NCBI GenBank assembly: GCA_034666765.1
Contig: JAXDLF010000085.1
Location: forward strand, 1-45,761
From: Chloroflexota bacterium
Lineage (GTDB): Bacteria; Chloroflexota; Limnocylindria; P2-11E
Reading direction: 5' to 3'
DNA length: 45,761 nucleotides
Below, one piece after another: positions 24,899-35,261 of the stretch. The notes beneath the pieces are model-generated. The model searched no databases, was not told where the DNA came from, and was given only the letters and a program-made list of their open reading frames with translations. How positions within the stretch are numbered: position 1 is the stretch's first letter; each line of letters begins with the position of its first letter. The position numbers and the translations under genes are program-made.

Positions 24899-26071
24899 AT
24901 GCCTGCTTCCACCAAGTCGCCCCGCAAACGGAGCGCAGCCCCTCGCCGGGTCGGCCGGCCGACCACGCGCCGGCGCCCGATCCGCGTCGCGATCATCGGC
25001 GTCGGCAACTGCGCGAGCTCGCTCGTGCAGGGCGTCCACTACTACCGCAACGCCAAGGCCGGTGACAAGATCCCGGGCCTCATGCACGTCGACCTCGGCG
25101 GCTACCACCTCCGCGACGTCGAGTTCGTCGCGGCCTTCGACGTCGACCGCAACAAGGTCGGCAAAGATCTGGCCGATGCGATCTACGCGGCGCCGAACAA
25201 CACCTATCGCTTCGCCGACGTGCCGAAGACCGGGGTGAAGGTGTCGCGCGGGATGACCCACGACGGCATCGGCAAGTACCTCTCGGCCGTGGTGAAGAAG
25301 GCCGACGGCCCGACGGACGACATCGTCGCGATCCTGAAGGACCGGAAGGTCGACGTCGTCGTGTCCTACCTGCCGGTCGGCAGCGAGGAGGCGACGAAGT
25401 GGTACGTCGAGCAGGTGCTCGACGCCGGCTGCGCCTTCATCAACTGCGTGCCGGTCTTCATCGGACGCGAGCCCTACTGGCAGAAACGGTTCGCCGATCG
25501 CAAGCTGCCGATCATCGGCGATGACATCAAGTCGCAGGTCGGCGCAACCATCACCCACCGCGTGCTGACGCGCCTGTTCATGGACCGCGGCGTCCGGCTG
25601 GACCGCACCTACCAGCTGAACTTCGGCGGGAACACCGACTTCCTGAACATGCTCGAGCGCGAGCGCCTCGAGTCGAAGAAGATCAGCAAGACCAACGCGG
25701 TGACGAGCATGCTCGACTACGAGATGGATCCGAACGACGTCCACGTCGGCCCGTCCGACTACGTGCCGTGGCTCCTCGACCGCAAGTGGTGCTACATCCG
25801 CATGGAGGGCACGACGTTCGGCGACGTCCCCCTGAACGCCGAGGTCAAGCTCGAGGTGTGGGACTCGCCCAACAGCGCCGGCGTCGTCATCGACGCCATC
25901 CGCTGCTGCAAGCTGGCCCTGGATCGCGGCCTCGGCGGGACGATCGTCGCGCCGGCGTCGTACTTCATGAAGTCGCCTCCGAAGCAGATCCACGACGACC
26001 GGGCCCGCGTCCGCGTCGAAGATTTCATCGCCGGCCGCGACAACGAGACGCTCGTCGGCAAGGCCTCGTGA
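24899..26071 (+). CDS. ino1: myo-Inositol-1-phosphate synthase
   Basis: The start was trimmed to MPAST (SD AAGGAAGGA upstream). [22 protein letters not shown]...PGLMHV...[12 protein letters not shown]...[17 protein letters not shown]...[16 protein letters not shown] is near-identical in pattern to my recollection of mycobacterial Ino1. Confidence 0.95.
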   Translation: MPASTKSPRKRSAAPRRVGRPTTRRRPIRVAIIGVGNCASSLVQGVHYYRNAKAGDKIPGLMHVDLGGYHLRDVEFVAAFDVDRNKVGKDLADAIYAAPNNTYRFADVPKTGVKVSRGMTHDGIGKYLSAVVKKADGPTDDIVAILKDRKVDVVVSYLPVGSEEATKWYVEQVLDAGCAFINCVPVFIGREPYWQKRFADRKLPIIGDDIKSQVGATITHRVLTRLFMDRGVRLDRTYQLNFGGNTDFLNMLERERLESKKISKTNAVTSMLDYEMDPNDVHVGPSDYVPWLLDRKWCYIRMEGTTFGDVPLNAEVKLEVWDSPNSAGVVIDAIRCCKLALDRGLGGTIVAPASYFMKSPPKQIHDDRARVRVEDFIAGRDNETLVGKAS

Positions 26072-26976
26072 TCGACCGCGTCACCCATGGCATCGGCTAC
26101 TGGGGCTGGCGGATCGGTGCGCGGATCGCCCAACGGCTTCCCGCCAAGCCGCTCTACGCGTTCGCCGTCGCGCTCGGTGAGATCGGGTACGTCATGTGGG
26201 CGGGCAAGCGCCGGATCGCGAAGAGCAACTTCGCGATCGTGCTCGGCCGGCCATCGACGGATCGGGAGGTCGCGCAGGTCGCGCGCCGCTCCTTCCGCAA
26301 CTTCGCCAAGTACATCGTCGAGATCATGCGGTTCCCGCTGCTCAGCGTCGCGGACTTCGAACGCCTCGTCGTGGTGGAGGGCCGGGAACACCTGCGGGGC
26401 GCGCTGGCCCTGGGCAAGGGGGTCATCTTCGTGTCCATCCATTTCGGCAACTTCGAGCTCGGGGGCGCGCGGATCGCCGACGAGATCCCGCTCAACGTCA
26501 TCGCGGACGAGCTCGAGAACGAGCGTCTGATGGACCTCCTCATCGGCAACCGGGCGCACAAGAACATCACGCTGCTGGCGCCGGACGGCGCCGCGAAGAA
26601 GGTCCTCGGCGCCCTGCGGCGGAACGAGATGGTCGGCCTGATGATGGATCTCGGCCCACGGGCCCAGGCGTTCGACGTGGTCGAGGCCGACTTCTTCGGG
26701 ATCCGGACGGCCTTCCCGGCCGTCGCCGCGAGTCTCGCGCGCGTGTCGGGTGCCCCGATCGTCGTCGCGGCGGTCGTCCGGCGGCACGACAACACCTTCA
26801 CCGGGATCGCGCTCCCGCCGATCTTCGTCGCGCGGACGAAGCAGGCCGCCGAGGACGTCCAGCACGCGACCCAGGCCATCGCCCGGGGCCTCGAGGGCTT
26901 CGTGACGCGCTGGCCCGACCAGTGGTACATCTTCCGGCCGATGTGGCCACAGCCGGTCGTCGCCGCCGCGACGTGA
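26068..26976 (+). CDS. Lysophospholipid/lipid A-type acyltransferase (LpxL/HtrB/PatA family), copy 1
   Basis: It starts with GTG in a GTGA overlap with ino1. [11 protein letters not shown]...[14 protein letters not shown]...[18 protein letters not shown] (HxxxxE-type) ...[12 protein letters not shown] is the typical C-terminus of this family. Confidence 0.8.
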   Translation: MIDRVTHGIGYWGWRIGARIAQRLPAKPLYAFAVALGEIGYVMWAGKRRIAKSNFAIVLGRPSTDREVAQVARRSFRNFAKYIVEIMRFPLLSVADFERLVVVEGREHLRGALALGKGVIFVSIHFGNFELGGARIADEIPLNVIADELENERLMDLLIGNRAHKNITLLAPDGAAKKVLGALRRNEMVGLMMDLGPRAQAFDVVEADFFGIRTAFPAVAASLARVSGAPIVVAAVVRRHDNTFTGIALPPIFVARTKQAAEDVQHATQAIARGLEGFVTRWPDQWYIFRPMWPQPVVAAAT

Positions 26977-27815
26977 TCGCCGGCGCGGCCGCGCGCCTTG
27001 CCGAGGGCACGCTGCCCCACCTCCCGTCCCTTCTCGATGCGCCGATCGCGACGGTCGGCGGCTCATTCGCCTATCGCGCCTCACCCGGCGCGCGCGACGC
27101 GGTCCGCGAGAACCTCGCGATCGTCGCGCCCGACCGGCCGGACCGCGAGCGGCTCGTGCGGCAGACGTTCGTCGAGCAGCTGTATCACTACATCGAGATC
27201 TTCCGGCTCGCGCGACTCGATCACGAGAAGGTGCGCCAAACCGTGAAGACGACCGGTTGGGATCGGTTCGTCGCCGCTGTCGGACGCGGGAAGGGCGTGA
27301 TCCTCGCCAGCGCGCACGTCGGGCCGATCTCGGTGTGCGGGCAGATCATCACCGCGAACGGCTACGACATCACCCTGCCGATCGAGAAGGAGACCGGTGA
27401 GTTCGCGCGATCGATCAACCGGGCGCGGACGCGGATGGGCCTGCGCTTCGTCGAGACCGATTCGGCGTTCGGCATCCACCGGGTGTTGAAGCGGGGCGGC
27501 GTCCTGGGCATCCTCTCGGATCGCGCGGTGACCGGCGTCGGCGAGCGGGTGCCGTTCTTCGGCCGGCCGGCCCTCCTTCCGTCCGCGCACATCGTGCTCG
27601 CACTCCGCACCGGCGCGGCGCTGATCCCGGCGTTCGCGCATCGCGACGGCGACGTCCTGCGCGCGGTGTTCGAGCCGGAGCTGGAGCTGCCGCACACCGG
27701 CGACCGCGACGCCGACGTGCGCGAGGGCGTGCGGCGGTGGGCCGAGGTCCTCGAGCCGCACATCCGGGTCGCGCCCGAGCAGTGGTCCGTATTCGAAGCG
27801 GTCTGGCGGCGATGA
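26973..27815 (+). CDS. Lysophospholipid/lipid A-type acyltransferase (LpxL/HtrB/PatA family), copy 2
   Basis: It starts with GTG in a GTGA overlap with copy 1. VRENLAIVAP...GKGVILASAHVGPISV...APEQWSVFEAVW. The architecture matches copy 1. Confidence 0.8.
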   Translation: MIAGAAARLAEGTLPHLPSLLDAPIATVGGSFAYRASPGARDAVRENLAIVAPDRPDRERLVRQTFVEQLYHYIEIFRLARLDHEKVRQTVKTTGWDRFVAAVGRGKGVILASAHVGPISVCGQIITANGYDITLPIEKETGEFARSINRARTRMGLRFVETDSAFGIHRVLKRGGVLGILSDRAVTGVGERVPFFGRPALLPSAHIVLALRTGAALIPAFAHRDGDVLRAVFEPELELPHTGDRDADVREGVRRWAEVLEPHIRVAPEQWSVFEAVWRR

Positions 27816-27839
27816 GGTCCCTCGGCTACGGTCGCCCGC

Positions 27840-28574
27840 GTGGGTAAGGCCGACCTCCAGCTTCACTCGGATCTCGGCGACGGGCTGAACTCGCCCGATG
27901 AGATCCTCGACGCCGCCGAGGCCGCCGGCCTCGACATCATCGCCCTCACCGATCACGACGACATCCGCGGCTCGTTCCTGCTCCGCGACCTCGCGGCCAA
28001 GCGTGGATCCGCCATCGTCGTCGTGACCGGCATCGAGGTGACCACGCGGGCCGGTCACCTCCTGGCGCTGTTCGTCGAGGACGAGATCCCGATGTTCCGG
28101 CCGCTGGCCGACACCGTCACGGCCATCCACCTGGGCGGCGGGATCGCCATCGTCCCGCACCCCCTCTCCTACCTCACCTTCTCGATCGGCGAGCGCGCCC
28201 TCCGGACCCTCGCGGTCGGCGGCGACGGCCGCTCGTTCGTCGACGCGATCGAGGTCCGCAATCCGAGCTACGCAGGGCGGGTCCGCGGCGCCCGGGCGCG
28301 CTGGCTCAACGAGCACGTGCTGCGGGTGGCCGAGACGGGATCGAGCGACGCGCACCATGCCAAGCTCGTGGGGACCGCCTGGACGGAGTTCCCCGGGGAC
28401 GGCGTCGGCGCGCTGCGCGCGGCGATCCTGGCCCGCACGACCCGGGCGCACGGCCGCAGCTGGACGCTGGGGGAGCACCTCGACGGGGTCGCGACGCAGC
28501 AGTGGCGATCGATGGTGCGCGATCCGTACAAGCGCGCGCGTCATCGGATGCGGCGGACAAAGAAGCCGGCATGA
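27840..28574 (+). CDS. PHP-domain metal-dependent phosphoesterase
   Basis: DLQLHSDLGDG, IIALTDHDD, GIEV, IAIVPHP and TGSSDAHH match the PHP motif series. The first HxH appears as QLH. Confidence 0.8.
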   Translation: MGKADLQLHSDLGDGLNSPDEILDAAEAAGLDIIALTDHDDIRGSFLLRDLAAKRGSAIVVVTGIEVTTRAGHLLALFVEDEIPMFRPLADTVTAIHLGGGIAIVPHPLSYLTFSIGERALRTLAVGGDGRSFVDAIEVRNPSYAGRVRGARARWLNEHVLRVAETGSSDAHHAKLVGTAWTEFPGDGVGALRAAILARTTRAHGRSWTLGEHLDGVATQQWRSMVRDPYKRARHRMRRTKKPA

Positions 28575-29686
28575 AGATCGGGATCGTCAGCCCGTACGCG
28601 TACCCGCGCCCCGGCGGCGCGAACGACAACATCCGCGAGACCTACGCGAACCTGCGGGGGCGCGGCCACGACGTGCGCATCATCACCGCGCCGTGGGGCG
28701 ACGACCCCCCGGCGCAGGACGTCATCCAGATCGGGCAGGCCATCGCCGTCCCGTACAACGGCAGCGTCGGCCGGATCACCCTCTCCGCGCGGCTCGAGTA
28801 CCTCGTCACCCGGATCCTCGATCGCGAGCAGTTCGACATCATCCACCACCACGAGCCGCTCGTTCCACTCCTGTCGGCGCAGATCCTCGATCGCAAGACC
28901 TGCCCGCAGGTCGCGACGTTCCACGCCTTCGGCGGCTTCTCGTTCAGCTACTGGCTCGGCCGGCCGATCGCGAAGCGCTACATGAACAAGCTCGACGGAC
29001 GCATCGCGGTCTCGAGCGCGGCGCGGCACTTCATCTCGCGCTACTTCCCGGGCGACTACCGCATCATCCCGAACGGCGTCGACGTCGACTTCTTCTCGAA
29101 CGCAAAGCCATTCCCCGAGTATCGCGACGGGAAGTCCAACATCCTGTTCGTCGGCCGCGTCGAGCCGCGGAAGGGAGCGCTGTACCTCGTTCGGGCCTAC
29201 GCGAAGCTCAAGGAGCGGTATCCCGACACCCGGCTCATCATCTGCGGCCGCGGACCGGAGCTGGGCGACCTGCGAAAGTTCGTGCACGAGCACCACGTCG
29301 GCGACGTGCTCTTCGCCGGTCGGGTGAGCGAGGTCGACAAGGCGCGCTTCTACAAGACCGCGGACATCTTCTGCGCGCCGTCGACCGGTCAGGAGTCGTT
29401 CGGCATCGTCCTCCTGGAGGCCATGGCCGCCGGCACCGCGGCGATCGCCAGTGACATTCACGGGTACAAGAAGGTCATTCAGCGGAGCGTCTCGGGATTG
29501 CTCGTCGAGCCGCGCGACGTCGACGCGCTCTGCGGCGCGCTCGAGCGCCTCGTGACCGAACCCGCACTGCGCACCCAGCTCGGCACCGCAGGCTCGGCGC
29601 GCGCGCGCGAGTTCGACTGGTCGCACGTGACCGATCAGCTGCTCGCCTTCTACGACGAGGTCATCCGTGGCTACCGCGGCGCTTGA
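28571..29686 (+). CDS. pimA: GT4 glycosyltransferase, probable phosphatidylinositol alpha-mannosyltransferase PimA
   Basis: The start was trimmed to MKIGIVSPYAYPRPGGANDNI...VPYNGSVGRI...IIHHHEPLVP...VATFHA...GRIAVSSAARH...IPNGVDVDFF. This parallels my recollection of mycobacterial PimA (MRIGMVCPYSFDVPGGVQSH...IPYNGSVARL...HIHEPNAP...VATFH...GRIAVSDLARR...IPNGVDV). It has an ATGA overlap with the PHP gene. Confidence 0.8.
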   Translation: MKIGIVSPYAYPRPGGANDNIRETYANLRGRGHDVRIITAPWGDDPPAQDVIQIGQAIAVPYNGSVGRITLSARLEYLVTRILDREQFDIIHHHEPLVPLLSAQILDRKTCPQVATFHAFGGFSFSYWLGRPIAKRYMNKLDGRIAVSSAARHFISRYFPGDYRIIPNGVDVDFFSNAKPFPEYRDGKSNILFVGRVEPRKGALYLVRAYAKLKERYPDTRLIICGRGPELGDLRKFVHEHHVGDVLFAGRVSEVDKARFYKTADIFCAPSTGQESFGIVLLEAMAAGTAAIASDIHGYKKVIQRSVSGLLVEPRDVDALCGALERLVTEPALRTQLGTAGSARAREFDWSHVTDQLLAFYDEVIRGYRGA

Positions 29687-30857
29687 CGGCATCCGGGTCC
29701 TCGAGCTCGGCAACTACATGGCCGGGCCGTATGCCGGGACGCTGCTCGCGGACATGGGCGCGGACGTGGTCAAGATCGAGGCGCCCGGGAGCGGCGACTA
29801 CTCGCGCGAGCTCGGGCCGTTCGCCCCGGGCAGTCCCGACGGAGCCGGATTCCTCCGTCTCGACCGCAACAAGCGCAGCGCCGCCATCGACCTCAAGTCG
29901 GAGCTCGGCAAGCGGGCGTTCCACGCCCTCCTTGGATCGGCCGACGTGGTTATCGAGAACCTGCGCGCGGGCACCCTCGACCGGCTGGGACTCGGATACG
30001 ACGCGCTCGCGGCGCGGTATCCCCGGCTCATCTACTGCTCGATCACCGGCTTCGGGCGAACCGGACCGTACCGGGACCGCGCCGGCCTCGACCTCATCCT
30101 CCAGGCCGAGAGCGGCCTGATGAGCGTCACCGGCGAGCCGGGCCGGCCGCCGGTCAAGGTCGGCGTGCCCGCCGTCGATTTGGCGTCGGCGTTGTACGGG
30201 GCCTTCGCGGTCACGACCGCGCTCATCGCCCGGGGCCGCACCGGCCGGGGCCAGCTGATCGACCTCTCCCTCCTCGAGAGCGGAGTCTCGCTCGCGATCT
30301 GGGAGTCGGGGGTCTACCTGACGACGGGCGAGGTCCCCGGCCCGCTCGGCTCGGCGCATCGGGTCACCGCGCCGTACCAGGCGTTTCGGACCGCGGACGG
30401 GTACATCGCCATCGGCGCGACGAGCCCGCCGACGTGGACGGCGTTCTGCCGGGTGACCGGTCTGGAGCGCCTGCGCGACGATCCGACATGGGTCGACGCG
30501 ACGCGCCGTCGCGAGCGCGCGACCGAGCTCGCGTCCATCATCGAGGCCGTCACCGTGACCAAGCCGACCGACGAATGGATGCGGGCCCTCTCGGACGCGG
30601 GCGTGCCGTGCGGGCGGATCAACGACCTCGGCACGGTGTTCGCGGATCCGCATCTGCTGGAGCGCGGCCTCTTCGTGGACCTGCCCCACCCGATCCTGGG
30701 TTCGGTGCGCGCGATCGGGTCGCCGCTCCATCTCTCCGACACGCCACCGGTGATGCGCCGCGCGGCACCGTTGCTGGGTGAGCACACCCGCGAGGTCCTC
30801 GGTGAGGCGGGCGTCCCGGCAGCCGACATCGAGGCGCTCGTGGCCGGGGCCCGATGA
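29667..30857 (+). CDS. Family III CoA-transferase (CaiB/BaiF)
   Basis: LDGIRVLELGNYMAGPYAGTLLADMGADVVKIE...NKRS..IDLK...VVIENLRAGTLDRLGLGYD are family hallmarks. Confidence 0.9.
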   Translation: MATAALDGIRVLELGNYMAGPYAGTLLADMGADVVKIEAPGSGDYSRELGPFAPGSPDGAGFLRLDRNKRSAAIDLKSELGKRAFHALLGSADVVIENLRAGTLDRLGLGYDALAARYPRLIYCSITGFGRTGPYRDRAGLDLILQAESGLMSVTGEPGRPPVKVGVPAVDLASALYGAFAVTTALIARGRTGRGQLIDLSLLESGVSLAIWESGVYLTTGEVPGPLGSAHRVTAPYQAFRTADGYIAIGATSPPTWTAFCRVTGLERLRDDPTWVDATRRRERATELASIIEAVTVTKPTDEWMRALSDAGVPCGRINDLGTVFADPHLLERGLFVDLPHPILGSVRAIGSPLHLSDTPPVMRRAAPLLGEHTREVLGEAGVPAADIEALVAGAR

Positions 30858-31630
30858 CGGTCCGGCTCGAGAAGCGCGAGGCGGTCGCATGGGTGACGTT
30901 CGACCGGCCCGAGGCGCGCAACGCGTTCACCCACGAGATGTACGCGAGCCTCGCGGACATCTGCGCCGATCTCGCCGCGGACGACGCGATCCGGGTCGTC
31001 GTGCTCCAGGGCCAGGGCGACGAGGCGTTCGTCTCCGGCAGCGACATCCGCAAGGTCGGTGAGATCCGCGGGCGCGAGGACGCCCTCGCCTACGAGAAGC
31101 ACATCGAGCGGGCGATCGGCGGCGTCGAACGCCTGCCGAAGGCCACCATCGCGCTCATCCGGGGCGTCGCCGCCGGAGGCGGCGCGGCGCTCGCGCTCGC
31201 GTGCGACATCCGGATCGCCGCGGACAACGCCCGGTTCGGGGTCCCCATCGCGCGCACCGTGGGCAACACGCTGTCGCTCCGCAACGTCGCCCGGATGGTC
31301 CAGGTGATCGGCCCGGCGCTCACGAAGGAGCTCCTGTTCACCGGTCGGCTCGCGACCGCGCTGGAGGTGCACGCCGCGGGCGCGTTCAACGAGGTCGTTC
31401 CGCTCGACCGGATCGAGGCCCACGTGACCGCGCTGGCCGATCGGATCAGCAAGAACGCGCCGCTGACGATCCGCGCGACGAAGCTCGCCGTGCTGCGCGT
31501 CCTCGAGACGGAGCGCGAGCGGCTCGGCGCGGGCGAGGACATCGTCGGGCTGGCGTACGACTCAGAGGATTTCCGCGAAGGCGTGACCGCGTTCCTGGAG
31601 AAACGCGCGCCCGTGTGGAAGGGCCGCTAG
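30854..31630 (+). CDS. Enoyl-CoA hydratase/isomerase (crotonase) family protein
   Basis: VAWVTFDRPEARNAF...VVVLQGQGDEAFVSGSDI...IRGVAAGGGAALALACDIRIAA. It has an ATGA overlap with the CoA-transferase. Confidence 0.9.
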   Translation: MTVRLEKREAVAWVTFDRPEARNAFTHEMYASLADICADLAADDAIRVVVLQGQGDEAFVSGSDIRKVGEIRGREDALAYEKHIERAIGGVERLPKATIALIRGVAAGGGAALALACDIRIAADNARFGVPIARTVGNTLSLRNVARMVQVIGPALTKELLFTGRLATALEVHAAGAFNEVVPLDRIEAHVTALADRISKNAPLTIRATKLAVLRVLETERERLGAGEDIVGLAYDSEDFREGVTAFLEKRAPVWKGR

Positions 31631-31642
31631 GGACCACCGAAC

Positions 31643-31683
31643 GGGCTCGGCCGGGGCTGGCACGGCCGGGCCGGCCGCACGGA
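31643..31683. repeat. Degenerate third copy of the 51-bp palindromic repeat unit
   Basis: By hand alignment, GGGCTCGGCCGGGGCTGGCACGGCCGGGCCGGCCGCACGGA versus the unit GGGCTCGTTCGGGGCCGGCGAAGCCGGGCCCGAACGCACGGA gives about 33/42 identities in the same orientation. It lies in the convergent spacer right after the BON gene stop. Confidence 0.45.
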
Positions 31684-32182
31684 CTAGCTGATCTCCGTCT
31701 CGTCGATGACCTCGACGACGCCGGGGACGCTGGCCGCGACCGCCTCCGCGTTCTCGGCGTCCTCGATGCTCAGCACCGTGCCGCGTAACCGCACGACGCC
31801 GTCGGTGACGTCCACCGTGAGCTGCAGATCGGCGGTCGAGGCGTCCAGCGCGAGCGCGTCACGCACCGCGTCGGCGATCGCCTCGTCGCCGATCCGGCCA
31901 TCGGACGATCGCTCCGGAGTCGGCGGCTCGGCCGTCGGTGAGAACCCACCGAGGACCTCGGGCTGGCCATCGGCGCCCGCGCGCAGCACCGGATCGGTCG
32001 GAGGGAAGAAGACCTCGTCGCCATCGCTGTCCTCGACGACCTCGGTCGCGTCGGTCGTGAGCGGCTGATCGGTGAAGTCCGCCGGGTCGTCCACGACGAC
32101 GTCTCCGGATTCGGTCGCGTGGGTGTCGAACGCATCATCGACGGGCCGCAGCGGTGAGTCGTCCTCGTGCTCGGGCTCCCCT

Positions 32183-32284
32183 GACTGGGGCTCGTTCGGG
32201 GCCGGCGAAGCCGGGCCCGAACGCACGGAACGAGACTGGGGCTCGTTCGGGGACCGCGAAGCCGGGCCCGAACGCACGGATCGA
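32183..32284. repeat. Tandem direct repeat, 2 x 51 bp (48/51 identical), each unit containing a long imperfect palindrome
   Basis: Unit 1 is 32183-32233 and unit 2 is 32234-32284. The unit 1 hairpin is CGTTCGGGGCCGGC-GAA-GCCGGGCCCGAACG (13 of 14 positions paired). Confidence 0.85.
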
Positions 32285-32329
32285 TGGTTCTTCACCGGGG
32301 ACGACGCTGCAGGGCCGATGCCAGCCGGG

Positions 32330-33781
<1,452 letters not shown>

Positions 33782-33804
33782 ATCGGTCACCGCGACGAGG
33801 ATAG

Positions 33805-34518
33805 CTAGAGGCCGAGGTACGCGGACCGGACGCTCGGATCGTCGGCCATCTCGCTCGCGGCCTTCGACAGCACGACGCGTCCGTTCTCGATGACGCTCGC
33901 CGTCGCCGCGACCTCGAGCGCGCGATGCACGTTCTGCTCGACGAGGAGCACCGTGACCCCGCGCGCGACGATGTCGCGGATCACCCGGAACACCTCGTCG
34001 ACGAGGATCGGCGCCAGCCCGAGCGACGGCTCGTCGAGCATGAGGACCGCGGGCTTGCCCATGAGGCCCCGTCCGATGGCGGCCATCTGCTGCTCCCCGC
34101 CGGACAGCGTCCCGGCGAGCTGCCGGCGGCGCTCGGCGAGTCGAGGGAACAGCGCGTACACGCTGCGGAGCGTCTCGACGCGATCGCCGCGCGACCGCTT
34201 GCTGTACGCGCCGAGCATCAGGTTCTCCTCGACGGTCATGTCCGGCCAGAGGTGCCGGCCCTCGGGAACCTGGATGACCCCGAGCTCGACGATGCGGTGC
34301 GGAGAGAGCCCGCTGATCCGCTCGCCGCGCAGCAACACCTCGCCTTCGAGCGCGGGAAGGAGCCCGGAGATGACGCGCAGCGAGGTCGTCTTTCCGGCCC
34401 CGTTGCTCCCGAGGAGGGTCGCGGCCTGACCTTCGTCCACGCTGAACGTCACATCCCAGAGGGCCTGGACATCGCCGTACGCGGCCGCGATGCCGCGGAC
34501 CTCCAGCACGGCGCTCAT
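33805..34518 (-). CDS. livF: Branched-chain amino acid ABC transporter, ATP-binding protein LivF type
   Basis: LLGSNGAGKTTSL, LSGGEQQM and LMLDEPSLGLAP are the Walker A, signature and Walker B motifs. VPEGRHLWPDMTVEENL is LivF-typical. Confidence 0.93.
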   Translation of the reverse strand: MSAVLEVRGIAAAYGDVQALWDVTFSVDEGQAATLLGSNGAGKTTSLRVISGLLPALEGEVLLRGERISGLSPHRIVELGVIQVPEGRHLWPDMTVEENLMLGAYSKRSRGDRVETLRSVYALFPRLAERRRQLAGTLSGGEQQMAAIGRGLMGKPAVLMLDEPSLGLAPILVDEVFRVIRDIVARGVTVLLVEQNVHRALEVAATASVIENGRVVLSKAASEMADDPSVRSAYLGL

Positions 34519-35261
34519 CAGGACGCCACCGCGCGCTCGCCGAGATACGCCTTGATGACCGCCGGATCATTCGCGATCTCGGTCGGCGTCCCGAGCGCGA
34601 TCCTGCGGCCGAGGTCCATCACCATGATCCGGTCGGAGAGCGACATGATCGCCTTCATCACGTGCTCGACCATCACCACCGTGACCCCCGACGCGCGTAC
34701 CGTCCGGATCAGCTGCACCATCCGCGCGCTCTCGGTCGGGTTCAGGCCCGCCGCCACCTCGTCGAGCAGGAGCACGTCCGGCCGCGTCGCCAGGGCTCGC
34801 GCGACCTCGAGCCGCTTGCGGCGCGCGAGCGTCAGCGACCGGCCGAGCGTCGCGCGGTGCGGCGCGAGCTCGGTGAGCTCGAGCAGGCGATCCACCTCGG
34901 CGTCGGCCGCGCGGCCGCGGAGGCGGCCGCGGCCGTAGAGGACCCCGACGAGCACGTTCTTCTCCACCGGCATGTCGGCGAACGGACGGACGATCTGGTG
35001 GGTCGTCGCGATACCCATCGCGTTGACCGCGTGCGCGGAGCGCCCGCCGATCCCTTTCCCGCGGAGCGTGATCGACCCGGCGCTCGGCCGGTAGACGCCG
35101 GACAGCAGCCGAAAGAGCGTGGTCTTGCCGGCGCCGTTCGGTCCGATGAGGCCGAAGATCTCTCCTTCACGCACGTCGACGTCGACGGCGTTGACCGCGA
35201 CGAGGCCACCGAAGCGCCGGGTGACGCCGCGGCCGACCAGGAGCGGCTCGCCCGCGGTCAC
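34518..35261 (-). CDS. livG: Branched-chain amino acid ABC transporter, ATP-binding protein LivG type
   Basis: The start was trimmed to a GTG start in a GTGA overlap with livM. RRFGGLVAVNAVDVDVREGEIFGLIGPNGAGKTTLF and LLLDEVAAGLNP are present. Confidence 0.93.
   Translation of the reverse strand: MTAGEPLLVGRGVTRRFGGLVAVNAVDVDVREGEIFGLIGPNGAGKTTLFRLLSGVYRPSAGSITLRGKGIGGRSAHAVNAMGIATTHQIVRPFADMPVEKNVLVGVLYGRGRLRGRAADAEVDRLLELTELAPHRATLGRSLTLARRKRLEVARALATRPDVLLLDEVAAGLNPTESARMVQLIRTVRASGVTVVMVEHVMKAIMSLSDRIMVMDLGRRIALGTPTEIANDPAVIKAYLGERAVAS

Noticed and set aside
32183-32284. A DGR template/variable repeat pair or a CRISPR repeat.
   Set aside because: The units are directly adjacent with no spacer. 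The mismatches are not adenine-specific, and no reverse transcriptase or cas genes occur in the window.
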